64,000 nt of DNA from NCBI GenBank assembly GCA_963674595.2, contig CAXXFV010000016.1, positions 352,001 to 416,000 of the forward strand, read 5' to 3'. The stretch's first letter is position 1. Every line of letters starts with the position of its first letter. The notes under the pieces were generated by a model. The model saw only the letters and a list, made by a program, of their open reading frames with translations, did no database searches and was not told the DNA's origin. Positions 58,912-64,000 of this stretch are shown here, one piece after another. The position numbers and the translations under genes were made by a program. The DNA comes from a bacterium (GTDB lineage: Bacteria > Zhuqueibacterota > Zhuqueibacteria > Residuimicrobiales > Krinioviventaceae).

Positions 58912-59937
58912 GTGGAGAATAGTGTGGTTGTTTTAAAATATTTCAAGTATGTAGCGATATGTGGATTTTTGTTGCTGGGCTGTTCCGAGGACAATCCGGT
59001 TGCCCCGGAAACAACCCGGCAATGGACCGCTGTTAACTCTGGTCTTACCAGCATGACGATCCAAGATATTGTCCCTGTTCCAGGAGCAGAGAACACGCTG
59101 TTTGCCGGGACTATTAATGGCGTTTTTAAAACCGAAAATGCCGGTGGTTCGTGGACTGATGTTTCAAATGATCTGGCCAGCAAAGATGCCCGTTGTCTTT
59201 TTGTGGACCCTAATGATGTTAATGTTATCTATTGTGGTACCCAGAGCAAGGGTGTTTTTAAATCTGTCAATTCCGGTCAATCATGGACATCTGTATGGAA
59301 AAGTGGTCAACATCCTTTGATTTATTCGCTTTTTGTCACATCCGGTGCCAATTCTGTTGTTTGGGCCGGCTCACAAAATGGTTTATATAAAAGTACCGAT
59401 GGCGGCCAAAACTGGACCCGGTCGTTTTTATATGGCGACGTTATTGCCGTTACAGCAAATCCGAATGATCCGAATGTTTTGTATATCGGCGTCGAGTATC
59501 AGGGTATATTTAAAACTACAGATGGCGGAGAAAATTGGAACGCTGTAAATACCGGTATTTTTAAAGGCAGTGATGGTTATGCAAGTGCGAATAGTTTTAT
59601 TGTAAATTCTGATAATGTGAACCAGGTAGTTATGAGCACCGGTAATGTTGACCTTTATAAAACAACCAATGCCGGACAAAGTTGGACGCAATTCGCCGAA
59701 ACACTGAATGGTTTAAAAGTTACTTCGCTAACAGTGAATCCGGCTAACTCGAAACAAATTCTGGCTGCAACAACCCAAAACGGTGTTTACCAAAGCACGG
59801 ATGCAGGTTCAAGCTGGAACGATATGAATACAGGACTGGAAACATTACAAATAAAGCGAATCTGTTTTGTGAAAGGTGAAAAATCCGCGTGTTATGCCGG
59901 AACGATTGGTAAAGGTGTTTATAAATATGTTTTTTAA
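58912..59937 (+). CDS. BNR/Asp-box beta-propeller lipoprotein (YCF48/sortilin-like)
   Basis: LLLGC lipobox; repeated GVFKSxDGGxxW. Confidence 0.88.
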   Translation: MENSVVVLKYFKYVAICGFLLLGCSEDNPVAPETTRQWTAVNSGLTSMTIQDIVPVPGAENTLFAGTINGVFKTENAGGSWTDVSNDLASKDARCLFVDPNDVNVIYCGTQSKGVFKSVNSGQSWTSVWKSGQHPLIYSLFVTSGANSVVWAGSQNGLYKSTDGGQNWTRSFLYGDVIAVTANPNDPNVLYIGVEYQGIFKTTDGGENWNAVNTGIFKGSDGYASANSFIVNSDNVNQVVMSTGNVDLYKTTNAGQSWTQFAETLNGLKVTSLTVNPANSKQILAATTQNGVYQSTDAGSSWNDMNTGLETLQIKRICFVKGEKSACYAGTIGKGVYKYVF

Positions 59938-61213
59938 AGATAACAATAATAAATATATTTTCGCTCTTTTAGTCCTTGGTTTGATTATTCGCGTTGGCTA
60001 TATTCTAACTTTGGAAAATTCTGTTTACTGGGAAGATGAAACCGACTATATGCGACTTTCCGAAAGTATTGTTACAGGTAATGGGTTTGTTAATCCCGAT
60101 GGACAGCCGACTGCATTTCGGGCCCCCGGTTATCCTGTGTTTTTAGCTGCTTTAAATGTTGTTGGTATAAAGGGTATCTTGCCTATTCGCATAGCACAAG
60201 CTTTTATTAGTGTATTAACACTATTTTTGCTGTATTTACTGGCCTGCCGTATTTTTAATCCGGTTGCCGGAATCGTTAGTTTGGGACTGGGAGCTGTTTA
60301 CCCTTATTTTATTTTTATTTCAGGTACGGTGCTGGCAACTGTATTATACAGTTTTCTTCTAGTACTCTTTGCTTATATATTTCATATTGCCCTTTCTGAA
60401 AAAAACAAATGGATGCTTTTGTTAAGCGGAATTGTCCTCGGTTTGACCATTCTTACCCGATCTGCAGCTTTGGTGATTTTAGGTGTCATTTTTTTATGGC
60501 TTTTTATTACTTTTCGAAAAGACCTCAAAATCTTTGCAGGTTATTCACTCCTGTTAACAGGAGCATGTTTAATTGTAATATCTCCCTGGATCGTTCGGAA
60601 TTACACAAAACTGAATGTTGCAAATATTTCTTCAAACGGCGGCAGAAATTTATGGCTGGGAAATAATAAAAATGCGACGATCAATTCCGGAAGTGATCTT
60701 GTTTTAACGGATAGAATTGAGAAAAAATTGCAATCGGTTCACAACGAAAGCGAAATAGATAATGTATATAATCACGAAGCGGTCCGGTATATCCGGGAAA
60801 ATCCCGGCCGGTTTTTGAAATTGACCCTGGCCAAGGCCGTTAGCTTTTGGCGTCTCGACCCATCACCTACAACAACAGGTTATCTGAAAATAGACTCTAA
60901 TATTCGTTGGGTGAGCATACTTTCTTATGGGCCAATATTTATTTTGGCCGTGTTAGGCTTTTTTATGATGCCCGATTCGAGCAGAAAATATGTGTTGTTT
61001 TGGGTTTTGTTTGCATGCAGTCAAATGCTGTTACACGCCGTTTATATCACAAAAGTGCGGTTTCGGTTACCGCTTGATCATTTTCTAATTTTTATCGCCG
61101 GATTTACAATTGTTTTCCTGGTTACTAAAATCAAGATGGCTTTAAGTGATTATAAAAAAGATTATATTGTTCCCTTGTCCTGGCAGACAATTAGTAAAAG
61201 CCGACATTGTTAA
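59927..61213 (+). CDS. GT-C membrane glycosyltransferase (ArnT/PMT_2, GT39/83-like)
   Basis: DETDY, FRAPGYP.FL, ILTR, PWIVRNY, RFRLP; ATG at 59927. Confidence 0.82.
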   Translation: MFFKDNNNKYIFALLVLGLIIRVGYILTLENSVYWEDETDYMRLSESIVTGNGFVNPDGQPTAFRAPGYPVFLAALNVVGIKGILPIRIAQAFISVLTLFLLYLLACRIFNPVAGIVSLGLGAVYPYFIFISGTVLATVLYSFLLVLFAYIFHIALSEKNKWMLLLSGIVLGLTILTRSAALVILGVIFLWLFITFRKDLKIFAGYSLLLTGACLIVISPWIVRNYTKLNVANISSNGGRNLWLGNNKNATINSGSDLVLTDRIEKKLQSVHNESEIDNVYNHEAVRYIRENPGRFLKLTLAKAVSFWRLDPSPTTTGYLKIDSNIRWVSILSYGPIFILAVLGFFMMPDSSRKYVLFWVLFACSQMLLHAVYITKVRFRLPLDHFLIFIAGFTIVFLVTKIKMALSDYKKDYIVPLSWQTISKSRHC

Positions 61214-61293
61214 TGAATTTTTAATTCACAGAGTATTTTTGAATTTGGTATTGCATCTTTAGCTTGACATCCTTTTCCTTTTAGGAGTGGATT

Positions 61294-61527
61294 TTGCTTG
61301 ACATAGAATTTGAAAATGAAAATAAAGATATGGACGAAAACGTTAAAAAGGACCCGGTTCATGAAATACGTTCCATAACGCATGGACTGCTGGGGTATTT
61401 GGATATTTTTCTGGCTGAAATATACCCAAACCTGGAACCCAAAGATGTTGAACTCCTCGGGAAAATATATATCCACGTTAAGCGTTTGTCCTATTTAGTT
61501 TCAGAAAACCTGGGGAATAAAGAATAA
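61294..61527 (+). CDS. small stand-alone HisKA (DHp)-like protein
   Basis: VHEIRSITHGLLGYLDI...KRLSYLV; no ATPase domain; start 61294 (TTG) or 61330 (ATG). Confidence 0.55.
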   Translation: MLDIEFENENKDMDENVKKDPVHEIRSITHGLLGYLDIFLAEIYPNLEPKDVELLGKIYIHVKRLSYLVSENLGNKE

Positions 61528-61599
61528 ACGTCTGCACTGAACTGTTTATACATGTATAATATAAGTATCTGTTGATGATGATTGTATTTAGGAGTGATG

Positions 61600-64000
61600 A
61601 TGCTTATCCGGAACAAAATTCTCTTTTGTTTTATAATTGTTGTATTTGTACTTGTCGGTTCTTTGTTTGCTGCATCGGAGCAAGGTGTTACTATTGATGT
61701 TTTGCAGTCATCCGACAGCGTATTAAAATGTAAAGTACGGATTGATTCTGTTGTTTATCGTCAGGAACTGATAGATAAACAGTGGTTTTCTGTTTTAGAT
61801 ATTCCCGGCTGTGCTTTTTTATCGGAAACCGGCGTTCCAAAACTTCCGGTAAAAAGTATGACATTTGCCATTCCTGAAGGCAAAACGGCCCGGTTAACGG
61901 TTTTGGATCAAAATGTTATTAATAAAAATGATATATTGCTGCCGCCGGTACAGTCTCTTGCCCCCAAAACGTCTCCGATCAAGGATTTCACAATTACGAC
62001 TGGTAATTGGTTTCCCCAAAAAACCATCAACATCGGAATGACCGGATATGTTCGCGAACAGCATATCCTTCAGGTAGAGTTTTTCCCGGTCCGATATCTG
62101 GCTGATGCAAAATTGGTCCAGATCATCAAGAGCATAACTTTTCAAATTGATTTCATCGATTCCAACAGCGATTCTAAAAAATCAATTACCCGGGATGCGC
62201 AGTTTAATTCTATTTTAAAACATAATCTGGCAAATTTTTCAGCTACCTCAAAAAGCAGCAAGCTGCTTTCATCTCCTTTGAAAACGTTTAAAACATCTGA
62301 TGTGTCCGGTGTTAAATATAAAATTTCTATAAAAACAGACGGCGTTTATGTTATTACCGGGCAGCAGCTTGCTGATGCCGGTGCTGATTTAGCGCAAATT
62401 TCCCCTTCATTATTATCGCTCGCTAATAAAGGTATACATGTCCCGATTATTGTGGAAGGTGATGGTGACGGCACCTTTGACAAAGAAGACCGTATTCTGT
62501 TTTACGGTGAACACAACCGTGGCGACGATTCCTATTATTCTTATTTTTCAGATACAAATGTTTACTGGCTTTCCTGGGACGGCACGCCGGGTGCACGCTT
62601 TGCCGACGTAACTGCTGCGGCAGATGAGGCTGTTCAGGATACTATAACCTATGCAAAAACTAAAGAACATCGTGAAAACGATTTAAGGTATGATCAGTTA
62701 TTATCCTGGGCTGATGGCGAAGGCGACCATTGGTTTTGGCAGCAAATCCAGGACGGACAGGATTATAGTTTCAATTTACCGGGTGGAACACATCTCGGTG
62801 ATCATCCGGTTCGGGTTCGTATCGGCTTAAATGGTCTTACAAATCCAACAGTTTCACCAGATCATCATTTGATTGTAAAACTGGACGAGGAGGAGATCGG
62901 TAATGTCTATTGGGACAACCAGGAAAGTTATATCTTTGATTCCGGGTATATAAATAGTGCAAATTTGCAGGAAAAGGAACAGCTGGTTTTATCCATTCCG
63001 GGAGATATTGCGGGTGCCGCTAATGATCACATGTTGTTGAACTGGATAGAATTTGAATTAACCAGTGAGCTGGCGGCAGAAGACGATTTTCTTTCATTTA
63101 TACACACCGGCTATGTGGCAAGTATGTATAAAATGACCAATTTCAGTGATGATAAGGTTTATCTCTTGTCCCCTGATGGTTATCGTTATACAGACGTCTC
63201 GTTTGAAAATGAAAAAGGTGTCTATTCGTTTTATTTTAAAATTCGCTCTAATCTTGATATTCCGCTTGTTGCCGTTTCTGAACGACGGCTAAAATCTGTT
63301 TCTTCTATTCAAAAAGTTGAAATGTCTAATTTAAAAAGTACGTCGAATGGTGCTGATTATATTATTATCACCCATCCGGATTTTGAAAAGCAGGCACAGG
63401 AATTGGCCGATTTTCGTGCTACCCAAAATTTGAGGACAAAGGTTGTAGATATTTACGATATTTATAACGAATTTTCTTTTGGAAACTATGATCCCCGGGC
63501 GGTTAAATATTTTATTAAATATGCTTATGAAAACTGGACATCTCCGGCCCCGTTATATATTTTGTTGTTTGGAGATACGTCCCGATACATGGATAAAAAT
63601 CCTTCTACAGAAGAAGGTTTTAAATCCTATGTTCCGACAATGATGGTATATACTGTCACATGGGGTATGACATCCAGTGATAATTATTTTGCTGCCGTCA
63701 GCGGTTCGGATGATCTCCCGGATTTGCATATTGGCCGTTTTCCTGCTAATACGGCAGAAGAAGCCCAGGCAATGGTGGATAAAACAATCAGCCATGAAAA
63801 ACAACAGGCCATTGATAGCTGGCGCCGTAATGTTTGTTTATTAACAGGAAATGGCGAGTTTTTTGAAACAAGCGCCCAATATTTATATGATTATTATATT
63901 CCTCAATACATGGTGACAAACAGGGTCGCTACCTTACCATCTTCGCGTTATTTTGGAAGCACAGAAAACGTAGCCGATTATTTAAACGCTGGTCAGGCTG
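61600..64000 (+). CDS. peptidase C25 (gingipain/PorU-like) with propeptide; runs off window
   Basis: Manual translation: signal peptide, ETGVPKLPV propeptide, YKISIKTDGVY, DTNVYWL, ADYIIITHPDF, IYNEFSFG, YILLFGD, SDNYF, IGRFP. Confidence 0.9.
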   Translation, partial: MLIRNKILFCFIIVVFVLVGSLFAASEQGVTIDVLQSSDSVLKCKVRIDSVVYRQELIDKQWFSVLDIPGCAFLSETGVPKLPVKSMTFAIPEGKTARLTVLDQNVINKNDILLPPVQSLAPKTSPIKDFTITTGNWFPQKTINIGMTGYVREQHILQVEFFPVRYLADAKLVQIIKSITFQIDFIDSNSDSKKSITRDAQFNSILKHNLANFSATSKSSKLLSSPLKTFKTSDVSGVKYKISIKTDGVYVITGQQLADAGADLAQISPSLLSLANKGIHVPIIVEGDGDGTFDKEDRILFYGEHNRGDDSYYSYFSDTNVYWLSWDGTPGARFADVTAAADEAVQDTITYAKTKEHRENDLRYDQLLSWADGEGDHWFWQQIQDGQDYSFNLPGGTHLGDHPVRVRIGLNGLTNPTVSPDHHLIVKLDEEEIGNVYWDNQESYIFDSGYINSANLQEKEQLVLSIPGDIAGAANDHMLLNWIEFELTSELAAEDDFLSFIHTGYVASMYKMTNFSDDKVYLLSPDGYRYTDVSFENEKGVYSFYFKIRSNLDIPLVAVSERRLKSVSSIQKVEMSNLKSTSNGADYIIITHPDFEKQAQELADFRATQNLRTKVVDIYDIYNEFSFGNYDPRAVKYFIKYAYENWTSPAPLYILLFGDTSRYMDKNPSTEEGFKSYVPTMMVYTVTWGMTSSDNYFAAVSGSDDLPDLHIGRFPANTAEEAQAMVDKTISHEKQQAIDSWRRNVCLLTGNGEFFETSAQYLYDYYIPQYMVTNRVATLPSSRYFGSTENVADYLNAGQA

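Overview
AT-rich chromosomal window. Gene style (FlgD/T9SS-type C-termini, PorU-like C25 peptidase, PVExxSF motif) suggests an FCB-group bacterium such as KSB1 or Calditrichota; this is an inference. Bases 1-14.7 kb are housekeeping: BMC-H, ispE, tRNA-Gln, prs, rplY, pth, rpsF and ssb on the minus strand; lpxH-like, mreCD, mrdA, rodA, lgt, an OMP, a TPR lipoprotein and glgA on the plus strand. Most of 14.9-64 kb is a surface-polysaccharide region. It has two EPS operons with complementary gene sets, secreted Fn3/CTD proteins, a two-kinase + NtrC-family + receiver module, five sigma-54 (-24/-12) promoter motifs and a C25 peptidase cut by the window end. The best candidate for an undescribed system is a duplicated structured RNA element (40689-40781 and 41315-41437). 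One copy has a perfect antisense sigma-70 promoter and would give a ~100-nt sRNA with a UUGGGCG loop. The other lies in the 5' leader of the second EPS operon and has the complementary CGCCCAA loop, resembling plasmid CopA/Inc kissing-loop control. Other notable points: a PEP-CTERM-like EPS architecture with CTD cargo and a C25 peptidase but no exosortase; a possible Fn3 donor-strand docking system; a BY-pseudokinase; and an ATT-initiated L7Ae gene. No CRISPR array, rRNA or mobile element was seen. All calls are by-eye motif recognition; no searches were run.
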